This document shows positions 40,425-53,675 of a DNA stretch of 64,000 nt, piece after piece. This DNA is from Octopus vulgaris. Taxonomy: Eukaryota. Positions within the stretch are counted from its first letter, which is position 1. Each line of letters begins with the position of its first letter. Where the stretch lies: the NCBI GenBank assembly GCA_951406725.2, contig OX597818.1, positions 111,662,001 through 111,726,000 of the forward strand. The letters run 5' to 3'. The translations under genes were made by a program, and so were the position numbers. Under the pieces are notes generated by a model, which made no database searches, was not told the origin of the DNA, and was given only the letters and a program-made list of their open reading frames with translations.

Positions 40425-40590
40425 AGGTAGCGAACTGACGGAACCGTTGGCACACCGGACAAAATGCTTGGCGACATTTCATACGCCTCTGTGTTCTGAG
40501 TTCAAATTCCGCCGAGGTCGACTTTGATTTTAATCCTCTCGAGGGTCGATAAAATAAGTAACGGTTAAGCAGTGGGGTCGCTGTAATCTA
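40425..40590 (+). mobile_element. SINE family C copy
   Basis: Head and central domain present. Confidence 0.75.
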
Positions 40591-41010
40591 CTAATCCGCA
40601 AAGTATTTCAAAACTCATGGATCTAACAGAAAAGATATGTATGTTTGCAGACGTCTGATATGTTTTTGCTGCAAAATACATGCTGTGTTTGCGTTAAAGT
40701 TTTTGTTACCGGCTTCATTGATTTTTTAAAATCCTCTGCAGGTCTTATTAGAGAGTGGGGAGGCGTGTGGGGTGGGGAAAAGACGTGAAGATACTGGAAG
40801 TACCCAAGGGACGATGTAACTAATGTATCTAGGATAGAATGGTTACGCATCAAAATATTTTGAAATCGGAGAGTCGGTTGCGTTATACGGAACTGACCAA
40901 ATCACTAACGAAACAAGACATGAGTCAAGTCTAATGTTACGCTGTAAGACAATATATACGGTGAGACGCCAAAGAGTTCCTCGTCGCAATGGCATAGATT
41001 ATTGTACTTC

Positions 41011-41522
41011 TATGTATGCATGTATGTATGTATGTATGTATGTATGTATATATGTATGTATGTGTGTGTGTATGCATGTATGTATGTATGTATGTATGTA
41101 TGTATGTATGTATGTTTGTATGTATGTATGCATGCATGCATGTATGCATGTATGTATGTATGTATGTATGTATGTATGTATGTATGTTTGTATGTATGTT
41201 TGTATGTATGCATATATGTTTCTATGTTTGTATGTATGTATGTATGTATGTTTGTATGTATGTTTGCATGTATGTATGATGTATGCATGTATTTTTGTAT
41301 GTTTGTATGTATGTATGTATGTATGTATGTATGTATGTATGTACGTATGTATGTATGTATGTATGTATGTATGTATGCATACATGCATGCATGTATGTAT
41401 GTATGTATATATGTATGTTTGTATGTATATATGTATGTATGTATGCATGTATGTATGTATGCATGTATGTATGTATGCATGTATGTATGTATGTATGTAT
41501 GTATGTATGTATGTATGTATGT
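41011..41522. repeat. Long degenerate (TATG)n
   Basis: Direct reading. Confidence 0.95.
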
Positions 41523-41755
41523 TTTATCCCTTACAGTGGTTTGGATTTTGGCTATTCCTTCTAGCGTGCCAGGAATCCTATGACGGACACCTCTTGTGTG
41601 TTTACATGTACACTGTATTTATATGAATAATAGTCTATTGACTATTAATCTATTGACTACATTTTCTACACGATAGGCCATTGGGAGTAAAAATTTCTAA
41701 AATTTTTATTACCCTGATATTATTAATTATATATATATTATTTATATTATCTATC

Positions 41756-41826
<71 letters not shown>

Positions 41827-42060
41827 GCCTTGAGAGGATTTAATAGATGGAAACTGAAGGAATCTCGTAGTATGTATATGTCTGTGTTTGTTCCCCGTAC
41901 CATCGCTTGATAACCGATGTTGGTGCGGTTACGTTCTCGTAACATTGCGGTTTGGCAAAGTCACCGATAGAATAAGTACTAGACTTACAAAGAATAAGTC
42001 CTGGGGTCAATTTGCTCCAGCATGGCTGTTGTCGAACGACTGAAACAAAAGACTAAAAGA

Positions 42061-42790
42061 ATACATACACACGCATTCATAACGCACATACACATACATA
42101 CACACACATACATACACACACGCATGCATACACACATGCACACACATACACACACACGCATATATACACACACATGTATACACACACGCACATATGTACA
42201 AATACATACATACACACGCATACATACGCACACGCATACATACGCACACATACACATACACACATATACGCACACACGCACATACGTACACACACATACA
42301 CACACGCATGCATATACACACATAGATACACACGCACATATGTACACATACATGAACGCACATACATACACACATACACACATAGGAGCACACACGCGCA
42401 TACGTACATACACATACATGCACACACTCGCACATACGTACAAACATATACATACACACACACGCACATACATACACACATTCATACACACATACATGCA
42501 CACACATACAAACACACACATATATACATACACATGCACACACACACATGCACATACGTACACACATACAGACACACATACACGTTCATACATACACACA
42601 TGTAAGTATATACACACATACACGCACATACGTACACACACATGCACACGCACGCTCATACATACACACGAATACATACACACACATAAATACACACATA
42701 CATAAACACACATACACACACATACATACACACATACACGCACACGCACATACGTACACACACACACATACACACACACACAAACAACCA
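42061..42790. repeat. Long degenerate (CA)n/(TACA)n tract
   Basis: Direct reading. Confidence 0.95.
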
Positions 42791-43246
42791 CAATGAAACC
42801 AGAATAATTAGAATGCTCTGCGATTATAATATAAACAACTCCTGTCGGATATTTTCACTTAATTTTTATGTTCGTGACAATCTCTAAAGATTAATGATAT
42901 TTAGAGTGATGGTCACGGCGGCGCTGGCGTTGGTGGTTCTGTGGTTATTGGTTGTCGTCGCTGTGACATAAATCGATGTGCGTATGCGTGCGTGTGTGTT
43001 TGTGTGGGTTCGGCGTGTACGTGTGTGTGTGTGTGTGTACACGTTTAAGTATATTTACGTACGTCTGTGTGTGTGTGTGTGTGTGTGTGCGTGTGTGTGT
43101 GCGCGTGTGTGTGCGTGTGTGTGCACTAATAAAGATATTGATATTTACGTTAGCGACAGCGACTATAAAATCTTTTGTATCATCAAAGCCACTTATTAAT
43201 CGCGCGTCACACGAATACTCAGCCATCGCTGCTACACGCCAGCCGC

Positions 43247-43259
43247 CATCATCATCACC

Positions 43260-43320
<61 letters not shown>

Positions 43321-43347
43321 CCATGAATCATCATCATCATCATCATC

Positions 43348-43378
<31 letters not shown>

Positions 43379-43417
43379 TCGCCATCATCATCATCATCAT
43401 CATGACCATGAATCATC

Positions 43418-43478
<61 letters not shown>

Positions 43479-43503
43479 CCTTCATCATCATCATCTCCAC
43501 CAC

Positions 43504-43545
<42 letters not shown>

Positions 43546-43790
43546 TATCATCATCGTCATCATCGTCGTCGTCGTCATCATCGTCGTCATCATCATCATC
43601 CTCGTCATTAACATTATCATCATCTTCATCATCATCGTTGTGGTCATGATCATCATCATTATCATCATTACTGTCGTTCACTTCCTCTCCTTCATCATTG
43701 TCATCATCATCTTCGCCATCATTCCTCATCACCTTCCCTCTCCGCTTCCTCCTCCTCCTCATCGTCATCATCATCATCCTCATCATCATT
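43247..43790. repeat. Long degenerate (CAT)n
   Basis: Direct reading. Confidence 0.95.
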
Positions 43791-44288
43791 ACCAACGTTG
43801 TTATTCTTCCTTTCCTCCACCACCACCACCGCCACCCCCACAACCATCAACAATTTTCATAAGGATGATGCCTACGACGAAGGCGAACGTCGCTGGACAA
43901 CAAAATATGCGAGGACAACAACAACAGCAACTACAGCGGTCGTAGCAGCAGCAGCTGCAGCAGCAGAAGTAGCAGCAGGAGCAGAAGCAGCAGCAAGTGA
44001 GATATTAAAGACAATGCAACAGTAATATGAAACATTGTATACAAAGTAATTAATATTGTCGCCTAAGTGATTCTGTCAAATCTTTGGGGAGATATGAGCG
44101 GGGTAGGGGGAGGGAGGTGGAAGGAGGTGGAAGGAGGTGAGGAAGGAACGGCGAGGAAGGAACGGCGAGGAGACTGGCTGAGAAAGAGAAGGGCTATATA
44201 CTCTCTGACATACAAGCATATATATGTGTATGTGTGTGTGTGTATATACATACAAACGCTCACATACTGCATACATACATATATACAC

Positions 44289-44327
<39 letters not shown>

Positions 44328-44377
44328 CATATATATGTATATACATGTATATATGTATGTATGTATATATGTTTGTA

Positions 44378-44431
<54 letters not shown>

Positions 44432-44522
44432 TGTATATATATACACACATATATAATATATATACATATATATATATTCATATATATATTTATATATTAT
44501 ACATATGTTATACATATTATAT

Positions 44523-44565
<43 letters not shown>

Positions 44566-44990
44566 CACTCACATTATATATACATATACGTTTATATATA
44601 CATACATACTTATATTTGTGTGAGAGCGTACGTATGTGTATGTGATTGTATGCGTGTGGTTGTATGAGCGCACATATACATTTCAAGACAGAGTAGAAAA
44701 GGGAGGGAGTGAAAGAGAGGGGGCGAGAGAGAGTGGGAGAGAGAGTGCGGAGAGAGAGAGAGAGGAAGAGAGATTGGGAGAAGGAGAAGATTAAATCGAA
44801 AGAGAGAACAGTGAGGCGGAAGTGCTGAAGTAGTCTAGACACACACACGCACGCACTCAAACGTGTGCGTGTGTGTGAGTGCGTGTGTCTGTGTGTGTGC
44901 GTGTGCATGTGTGTGTGTGTATGTATGTGTAGCTATCTATATCTAATCTATCTATCTATCTATCTATCTATCTATATATACACACACACA

Positions 44991-45121
<131 letters not shown>

Positions 45122-45612
45122 ACACACGTATATATATATATATATATATATATATCTGTACAAACACAGATATACACAAATTCGATTGATAAAAATCTAG
45201 CTCAGACGACACACAACTAAAATCAAACATCATACTAAAAGCTAAAAGCATTTAATATTTCTCCCACTGGGTCATCGAACTTGGAGAATCTCTCTGACCT
45301 TATTATATCACTCAAAATGGACAGTGATTGTTCCGTTAAGAGGACAGATGTCCATTCTTTTATCCAGTCAGATGAAACTAAATAGATGCTGAGAGACGAC
45401 AAGAGATGTGTAGGTAGTACAATACTTTTTTAGCGCGCTCAGTATTACTAATTGTGTGGTTAAGGAGTTTCCTACGAAACCACATGGTGCCAGGTTCAAT
45501 CCCACTGTGTGGCAGTTTTTTGTGAATGTCTTCTAGTAAAGCCCCTAGATGACCAAAAGCATTGTGTATGGATTTGGTAGACGGAAACTGAAAGATGACC
45601 GTCAAGTATAGA

Positions 45613-45643
<31 letters not shown>

Positions 45644-45657
45644 GTTGTGTGTGTATG

Positions 45658-45692
<35 letters not shown>

Positions 45693-45782
45693 ATAAAACG
45701 GTAAGATAACAAAAGAAAGAAAGAGACCTCAATATTATGTAAATAGAGGAAATTTATCTATACAATATGTTACATTACTCGG

Positions 45783-45856
45783 TAGTCAAGATAAAACTCT
45801 GAGTTTCAGATGCCGAAGTGGAAATCCACAACACCATCTCTTCGGTTATCTGGCTA
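45783..45856 (-). ncRNA. PLE pLTR hammerhead (left arm), U4C variant
   Basis: Mirror copy of 48528-48601. Confidence 0.7.
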
Positions 45857-46045
45857 TTTGAAAACGTTATGAAAAAATACCGTTAAAAATGAAGGGAAAT
45901 TACTCTGTTATAACTCTGCTTTGCCTGCGTACTTATACATCGCTCGCATTTTTCGTCATAAAAATTATATAAAAATACATAAAAATATATAAAAATATAT
46001 AAATATATATAAAATCTTCTTGGGACATAACACAGAAAGCATGTT

Positions 46046-47573
46046 CTATCCGTTTTCTTTAGGGGACCAAAAACGTAACAGAAATTTAGTCACATGTGGG
46101 CATGATCCGAAAAGCTCTGTCCTTGTATTTAGACATGTGGTAGGGTCTAAGCTGCTTTTCCAGATAAGCCATCTCTCCATGTCGCATAAACCGCACCTTC
46201 CGCTGCCGTTAGTATAGGGCTTACATCTGGCCAAAATCTTCCATTGTATGTTATAATCGACACCTTTATCTCTTAAAGACCAAATATGATTGGATAATTG
46301 TGTCGCTTTTCTTTTGTTCCAGTGCCTAAAGCTCAAAGTGTGGTTATTGAACCTGGCCTTGAAATTACCCTCTGTCAGGCCCACGTATTTCTTCGTCGAA
46401 ACGGTGTCTTTAGTGGTTATAGAGTTTACGGTAGCTTCGTATATGATGGTCTTGGACATGCAAGCTCCATTTAGCGGGCACAATTCTTTATTCCTGCATG
46501 AACAGCTGTTTTCTTCTTGTGTTTTTTGTATGTTATGATTGATTATGTTTTTAAAATTGGTAGTTGAACTAAAACTAATTTTTAAATTGTGTCTATTGAA
46601 GAGTTTCCTATAAGCATGGTTAACTGGAAAATGTCTATCTATCAGTGCTAGGAAATATTTACCTATATTGAAGGCCACCTCGGGTGAGTAAGGGGGCGTA
46701 AACCAGATGACCTTCCTATTTCTATTATTCCTTTTCCTTATTGTTGGGCTGGTGATAGGTGTATATTTTATTTTTTCGCTAAAACCACTATCTTTTAAAG
46801 CTTTATTATAAACTGGGGCAACGCTATTGAAGATGTCCTCATTAGATGAGAGGCTAGAAATCCTCTTACTAATATTTTTAACTAAATTTTTGAATACTAT
46901 AGGGGGATGGCATGAACCTACATTAATATAACTTAGGCTATCATTGGGCTTCCTATAAGGCTTATAAATATTATTATTAAGATCTAAGGAAACGTCTAAG
47001 AAATTGACAACCGTCAGGTTAGTGTCTATAGTTATACTAAGTCCGAAGTGTTTCATTAACTGGATAATATCCTTCCTAAAACGATCTTGTGCTGGTCCAT
47101 TTGTATTAGCTGTTAAGGCGAGGGCATCATCTTTGTAGATGGCAAAATGTACGTTAGGGAATGTCTTACTGAAGGTATCTAGGAGAAAGAGTCCAATTAG
47201 ATCACAGATGCCTGCCCCATCATATGAACCCATGCTCACATCGAAAGCGCCCTCCGTGTCGGTGTTTTTTACCCACTTTGCATTCTCACTGAAAAGTAAT
47301 GTCTTTCTAGCATGGAAGATTATATCCTTATCATTGGTACTAATTTCTATGAAATCACTAGCGAAGATTAGGGCTTTATCTAGCAGTTCTTTAGAGATAG
47401 AGGCATAAAAATCAACAATATCGAATTGTGTAAACCTCGCTTTTTTCTTATTCTTAATAGCTTTAAACCAGTCTACGACTTCTATACTATTGGACCATTG
47501 CACTAGCCTAGTATCGGTCTTAATTTTCGTATTTATTTTATCTAAAATTTCTTTGCTAATAATCCCTAGTTCT
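46046..47573 (-). CDS. PLE polyprotein, 5'-truncated: reverse transcriptase plus C-terminal GIY-YIG endonuclease (probably Naiad-type)
   Basis: Uninterrupted frame with RT motifs FDIVDFYASI, MGSYDG, YKDD, FLDV, YRKP; linker CSCx5CPLxGxC; GIY-YIG IIYEA...YVGLT..FKARF.NH; C-terminal CGLC and CPH. The listed N-terminal MGMIRKALSL comes from the inverted filler. Confidence 0.92.
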
Positions 47574-47687
47574 AAGGACAGAGCTTTTCGGATCATGCCC
47601 ACATGTGACTAAATTTCTGTTACGTTTTTGGTCCCCTAAAGAAAACGGATAGAACATGCTTTCTGTGTTATGTCCCAAGAAGATTGT

Positions 47688-48338
47688 CCCCCTTACTCAC
47701 CCGAGGTGGCCTTCAATATAGGTAAATATTTCCTAGCACTGATAGATAGACATTTTCCAGTTAACCATGCTTATAGGAAACTCTTCAATAGACACAATTT
47801 AAAAATTAGTTTTAGTTCAACTACCAATTTTAAAAACATAATCAATCATAACATACAAAAAACACAAGAAGAAAACAGCTGTTCATGCAGGAATAAAGAA
47901 TTGTGCCCGCTAAATGGAGCTTGCATGTCCAAGACCATCATATATGAAGCTACCGTAAACTCTATAACCACTAAAGACACCGTTTCGACGAAGAAATACG
48001 TGGGCCTGACAGAGGGTAATTTCAAGGCCAGGTTCAATAACCACACTTTGAGCTTTAGGCACTGGAACAAAAGAAAAGCGACACAATTATCCAATCATAT
48101 TTGGTCTTTAAGAGATAAAGGTGTCGATTATAACATACAATGGAAGATTTTGGCCAGATGTAAGCCCTATACTAACGGCAGCGGAAGGTGCGGTTTATGC
48201 GACATGGAGAGATGGCTTATCTGGAAAAGCAGCTTAGACCCTACCACATGTCTAAATACAAGGACAGAGCTTTTCGGATCATGCCCACATGTGACTAAAT
48301 TTCTGTTACGTTTTTGGTCCCCTAAAGAAAACGGATAG
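47688..48338 (+). pseudogene. Inverted duplicate of the PLE endonuclease-coding 3' part
   Basis: Protein identical to the C-terminal part of the minus-strand ORF from PPYSPEV onward. Confidence 0.9.
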
Positions 48339-48527
48339 AACATGCTTTCTGTGTTATGTCCCAAGAAGATTTTATATATTTTTATATATTTTTATATATT
48401 TTTATGTATTTTTATATAATTTTTATGACGAAAAATGCGAGCGATGTATAAGTACGCAGGCAAAGCAGAGTTATAACAGAGTAATTTCCCTTCATTTTTA
48501 ATGGTATTTTTTCATAACGTTTTCAAA

Positions 48528-48601
48528 TAGTCAGATAACCGAAGAGATGGTGTTGTGGATTTCCACTTCGGCATCTGAAACTCAGAGTTTTATCTTGACT
48601 A
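48528..48601 (+). ncRNA. PLE pLTR hammerhead (right arm), U4C variant
   Basis: TAGTCAGATAA CCGAAGA GATG..GTGGA TT TCCAC..CATC T GAAA CTCAGAG TT TTATCTTGACTA; near-palindromic stem III. Confidence 0.72.
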
Positions 48602-48624
48602 CCGAGTAATGTAACATATTGTAT

Positions 48625-48669
<45 letters not shown>

Positions 48670-48743
48670 TATGTGTGTGTGTATGTGTACTCCAGCATGA
48701 CCACAGCCACGTGGCTGAAAATGAATAAACGGATATATGTGTG

Positions 48744-48792
<49 letters not shown>

Positions 48793-48974
48793 TGTTTGGA
48801 GTGATCACAAGTGATCACTACAGACGCCTGTTGCTTTTCCTTGTTGCTTGTATTCGTAATTGTGCACAATGTTCTCCGTTTTTTTCTTGTTTATTAAAAT
48901 TTTTTTTTGTTTTTGTTGCCGTACACATTCGCTAGGTTTCTTACAAAGAAGTCTAAAGCTCGTAGCTTAGACTT

Positions 48975-49070
48975 TTTTTTTAGGGCAACCAGATCGAACC
49001 ATCCCAAGTGTAACTGCCCGAAATGGTCGTGACTTCTGGTACTTGACTGATGAAAGAAAACCAAGAATAA
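48975..49070 (+). ncRNA. Scrambled-order hammerhead copy
   Basis: GGGCA/TGCCC (II), ACCAGA/TCTGGT (P4), ACCA/TGGT (III), ATC site 49001-49003, CAAGT/ACTTG (I), GAAA 49020-49023, CTGATGA 49047-49053. Confidence 0.7.
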
Positions 49071-49357
49071 CCCGTCTTTTTTGCTTGTCCTTCTAATTGT
49101 TGTTTCTCTTGTCCGCCTTTGTATCGTCTATCTGTCCGAACGTTTTAATGCCTTCTACTGCATTTTGTTCCATTTTCACATATACATATATACATACATA
49201 CATATATACATACACACTCACACACATACACACACCTTACAAATAAGAAAATGGAGAAACACATTAGTTGGTTTATCAGCTTTAGGATATTAGAATGTCT
49301 TATTTAATTAACAAAACTACAACCATAATAACATACATATATACAGTATATATACAC

Positions 49358-49400
<43 letters not shown>

Positions 49401-49883
49401 CATACATATATATATATATATGTGTATATATATATATGTGTGTGTGTTCGTGTGTGTGTATGTATACAAATGCATATGTGTATATGTAAGTAAATATGGT
49501 CTTGTGGCAATCATGCTTCTTCCACAGTTAGCGCCAGTGTGAGGCGTGGCGCACTCAACACTTGCCGCTGGTGGTGGGGGTCGGCGTCACGGATCAGGAA
49601 ACCCATTTCTGTTCTATTCATGGGGTGGCTCACTATCAAATAAATGCTGTTGGACACACAAGGTATTGGTTGGCCCGGGGGTGGGGGGGCTACACAGCTG
49701 CTAAGACGCCCACCCCAGACTGTCTTTGAACTGAAACACTCCACTAAGGTGTAGCCATTCGATTTACTCCGAGAATCGAAACCGAATTCCAGCGATTGAA
49801 TGCCGCATGATGTATGCGGCATACGTGGGTGTGTATGAGAAGTGTGTGAGAAAGTGCAACGCGAAAATTGCACACAACAAAGA

Positions 49884-49889
49884 AGAGTT

Positions 49890-49955
<66 letters not shown>

Positions 49956-49990
49956 GAGAGAGGGAGAGAGGGAGGTAGATAGATAGGCAA

Positions 49991-50047
<57 letters not shown>

Positions 50048-50050
50048 CTG

Positions 50051-50089
<39 letters not shown>

Positions 50090-50099
50090 TAGATAGATT

Positions 50100-50141
<42 letters not shown>

Positions 50142-50144
50142 CAG

Positions 50145-50183
<39 letters not shown>

Positions 50184-50193
50184 TAGATAGATT

Positions 50194-50248
<55 letters not shown>

Positions 50249-50250
50249 TG
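49884..50250. repeat. (AG)n/(AGAT)n compound microsatellite with a higher-order internal duplication
   Basis: The block GAC(T/A)GTGGAAG(AG)nATGGATAGATAGATTG occurs twice (about 50046 and 50140). Confidence 0.9.
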
Positions 50251-50625
50251 AGAAATAAAATGATAGAGAGAAAAAGAGTGAGCGAGTGAAAGAAGAAAGG
50301 AATGAAATATGGAGTCAGTGAGAGGCAGATTGAAAGAGGAGGGGGGGATGAGGATAATTGTGATAAATCCAACAGATCGAAAGAAAGGTAGAAAGATAAA
50401 TTACAGAGATTTAAAATAGAAAGCGTATGAAAAGCCAGGGCGCATAATCTGCTCTAGCGTAAAGTACATAATCACCTTAAAATTGATTACGTATTAAGAG
50501 GAAATGAACAAATCATCAGAATTTGTTATTGTTGTTGTTGTTGTTGTTGATGATGGGTTCGTTCAGCATCCGCCTCTCGCCCTTCACTTACTGTCTATGC
50601 ATAATGCAGCATATAAATGCATATA

Positions 50626-50682
<57 letters not shown>

Positions 50683-50967
50683 GTATTTATATATATATGT
50701 ATGTATATCTATGTATGTATGTATGTATGTATGTATGTATGTATGTATGTATGTATGTATATGCAGACACACAGACACATATGCATGTACGTATATGATA
50801 TATCAACACACAAACATATATACATTCATACACAAATACGCACATATGTGCATAAAATATGCGTGCGTATGTGTGTTTGTGAGTGTGCGTATATATACAT
50901 ATATATAGGTATATATAGGTATATATATATATATGTAAACATATATATAAATATATGTATATATATG

Positions 50968-51016
<49 letters not shown>

Positions 51017-51091
51017 TACATATATATATACCAACACATACATACTTACATAGATATATATATGCATATAGATATGCGCAAATACTCAGAC

Positions 51092-51148
<57 letters not shown>

Positions 51149-51594
51149 TGTGTGTGCAATACCCGAGTTTCGGAAAAAGGCCTTCCCACTTTCTTTAATG
51201 ATAAATTGATTTTGTGACAAATTTTCGTTTGAACATACATAATAGGTTTTAAACCTATAATTCAGAAATAAAAAAAAAAATTCATAAAGAAAAGTAAAAA
51301 AAAAAAAAATTAAAAATTGAAAAAATGAATCAATTCCAGCAGGTTGTGTGCTCAGAGACAGCAAAAGGGCGCCATCTGACAAAAGAAAAAAAGAAGAAAA
51401 GAAAGAAAAAAAAAAAGAAAAGAAAATGAAAGTGTTAATTAACGTTCTAACAGTCTGAGAAATTTTCTTCCGCAGAATCGGAATCTGATTGAATAATAGA
51501 GAATATAGAATAATGGAAAATATAGGAGATGCGAAGTAACGTAGGAAACATAACCAGAACAGAAATACACGCAACATACATACATATGTATATA

Positions 51595-51631
<37 letters not shown>

Positions 51632-51718
51632 CTTCATACTTTATTAGAAAGCAACAAAAATATCACAAAAATTGTTACTCAGAGTTTCACGTTCCTATTC
51701 GTCAAACAATTTTGTTTA

Positions 51719-51748
<30 letters not shown>

Positions 51749-51751
<3 letters not shown>

Positions 51752-52315
51752 ACATCTCGAGGATTGAATCACCCCAGAGGGCACTCACTAAACGAATTGA
51801 AAGCATGACTGATCTCGATTATTGGGACCGCCTTAAAGCCTTGAAACTCTACTCTCTCCAGCGCTGTCGTGAGCGGTACATCATATTTGTACCATGTGGA
51901 GAATATACCGCCAACATTGCCCAAACGACCTGAGCATTAGTTTCAAGGTTCATCCAAGGCTGGGACCATGGGCCATACGTCCCCTGCCCAATTCAGGATC
52001 ACAGCATATAGGTACACTGCAACATGATTTCTTTTCCTCAACAGGCCCTGTCCTGTTTAACATTGTCCCTAAACTGATCAAAGAGGAAAAGGATCCCATC
52101 AACTTTAAACGGAGTCGGGATAGATTTTTTCAAGGAATACCGGATAAGCCACCCATACCTGGATACAACTCAACCAACAAGAACTCACTATTTGAATGGA
52201 CCATAAACAAAACTTGACTTAAACAGGATTTAGATAATCCTATCAGGTGGTGCTATTAAGTTAGACATGGCCTGGACCAATCTTTGGTCGAAACATATCT
52301 AAGTTTATCTAAGTT
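51749..52315 (+). mobile_element. 3' end of a CR1/L2-type LINE, 5'-truncated and frameshifted
   Basis: IESPQRALTKRIESMTDLDYWDRLKALKLYSLQRCRERYII, then GPVLFNIVPKLIK...FKRSRDRFFQGIPDKP; short 3' UTR ending in tandem TATCTAAGTT. Confidence 0.85.
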
Positions 52316-52486
52316 ATATATATATATGCGCAGGAGTGGATGTGTGGTAAGTAGCTTGCTTACCAACCACATGTTTCCGGGTTCAGTCCCACTGCATGAC
52401 ATATTGGGCAAGTGTTTCCTACTTGCCTCGGGCTGACGAAAGCCTTGTGAGTGGTTTTGGCAGACGGAAACTGAAAGAAGCCCGTC

Positions 52487-52547
<61 letters not shown>

Positions 52548-52619
52548 TATAAAAATTATATAAAAAAAAGGAACAAGAACGTGAAATACACAAAAAGACG
52601 AACACAAAAAACGGACGGG

Positions 52620-52717
52620 TCATTCGAAGCCTTTAATCTTCAGTCAGAAACCGGATCATCATAGCAAATTTCGGCTGATTAATTCTGATATTGCTCCGAC
52701 ACGGCCAGCCCCAATGA
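52620..52717 (-). ncRNA. Scrambled-order hammerhead copy
   Basis: Minus strand: GGCTG/CAGCC (II), CCGTGT/ATCCGG (P4, 1 mismatch), AGCAA/TTGCT (III, one extra T), ATA site, TCAGAA/TTCTGA (I), CTGAAGA, TCATT/AATGA closing helix. Confidence 0.65.
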
Positions 52718-53111
52718 AAAACTAAGCTGCGAGCATTAGATTTCTTTGAAAAAGGATCGAATGTAAACGAAACAAGGACAGAAAAACGGACGAAGCCACA
52801 CGAATATAAATACAAAAAAAAAACAAAAATAAAAATAAAAACAAAAACAATAGTGGTAATAATAGGATAACAGCAGGTGTCTTACGACTTTAGACAAATT
52901 TAGACAAATTTGACTTATCTATATATATATATGCATGTGTGTGTATATGTTTGTGTCTGTGTGTGTCCCAACACCGCTTGACAACCGATGCTAGTGTGTT
53001 TATGTCCCCGTAGCTTAGTGGTTCTGCAAAAGAGCCCGATAAAATAAGTACTAAGCTTGCAAAGAATAAGTCATGGGTCGATTTGCTGGACGAACACAAA
53101 AAACGGACGGG

Positions 53112-53209
53112 TCATTCGAAGCCTTTAATCTTCAGTCAGAAACCGGATCATCATAGCAAATTTCGGCTGATTAATCCTGATATTGCTCCGACACGGCCAG
53201 CCCCAATGA
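53112..53209 (-). ncRNA. Local duplicate of the 52620-52717 scrambled hammerhead
   Basis: Lies within the 135-bp copy 53089-53223; the single change converts an A-U pair to G-U in stem I. Confidence 0.65.
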
Positions 53210-53299
53210 AAAACTAAGCTGCGGTACTTCAGCAAGGCCACAGTCAAATGACTGAAACAAGTAAAAGAATAAATATAAATATATATATATATATATATT

Positions 53300-53517
53300 A
53301 CTCTTTTACTCTTTACTCTTTTACTTGTTTCAGTCATTTGACTGCGGCCATACTGGAGCACCGCCTTTAGTCGAGCAAATCGACCCCGGGACTTATTCTT
53401 TTGTATGCCCAGTACTTATTCTATCGGTCTCTTTTGCCGAACCGCTAAGTGACGGGGACGTAAACACACCAGCATCGGCTGTCAAGCAATGCTAGGGGGA
53501 CAAACACAAACACACAA

Positions 53518-53552
<35 letters not shown>

Positions 53553-53612
53553 CATATATACGACAGGCTTCTTTCAGTTTCCGTCTACCAAATCCACTCA
53601 CAAGGCATTGGT
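53300..53612 (-). mobile_element. SINE family A, tail-to-tail with the preceding copy
   Basis: Reverse-complement homology. Confidence 0.85.
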
Positions 53613-53635
53613 CGCATATGCATTGGTCACAAGGC

Positions 53636-53675
<40 letters not shown>

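Larger units (their letters stand above)
45692..48629. mobile_element. Penelope-like retroelement with an inverted 5'-truncated second copy (pLTR palindrome)
   Basis: Arms 45755-46696 and 47688-48629 are 942-bp inverted repeats with no indels; I saw 3 substitutions. The left copy extends through RT to 47573. Both ends sit in (TA)n. Confidence 0.95.
52328..53270 (+). mobile_element. SINE family A expanded by two nested insertions
   Basis: Head 52328-52487; insert of about 52550-52920 in the internal (TA)n; tail interrupted at 53089-53223. Confidence 0.8.

Noticed and set aside
42945-44025. Poly-D/H/S/M and poly-A/Q ORFs
   Set aside because: Stop-free frames of (CAT)n and (CAG)n repeats, open in several frames and strands at once, with no splice or homology support.
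47574-47687. Apparent start codons of the 518-aa and 222-aa PLE ORFs
   Set aside because: Both fall in the 112-bp rearranged filler; the true N-terminus is absent.
48339-48500. Selenoprotein/SECIS feature, as described for some Naiad-type PLEs
   Set aside because: The retained ORF has no in-frame TGA and ends in TAG, and I could not fold a convincing SECIS around the ATGA at about 48425.
51156-51215. Hammerhead 3' half on the minus strand (GGAA..TTCC GAAA CTCGGG TA)
   Set aside because: No acceptable CUGANGA-equivalent box at the right position.
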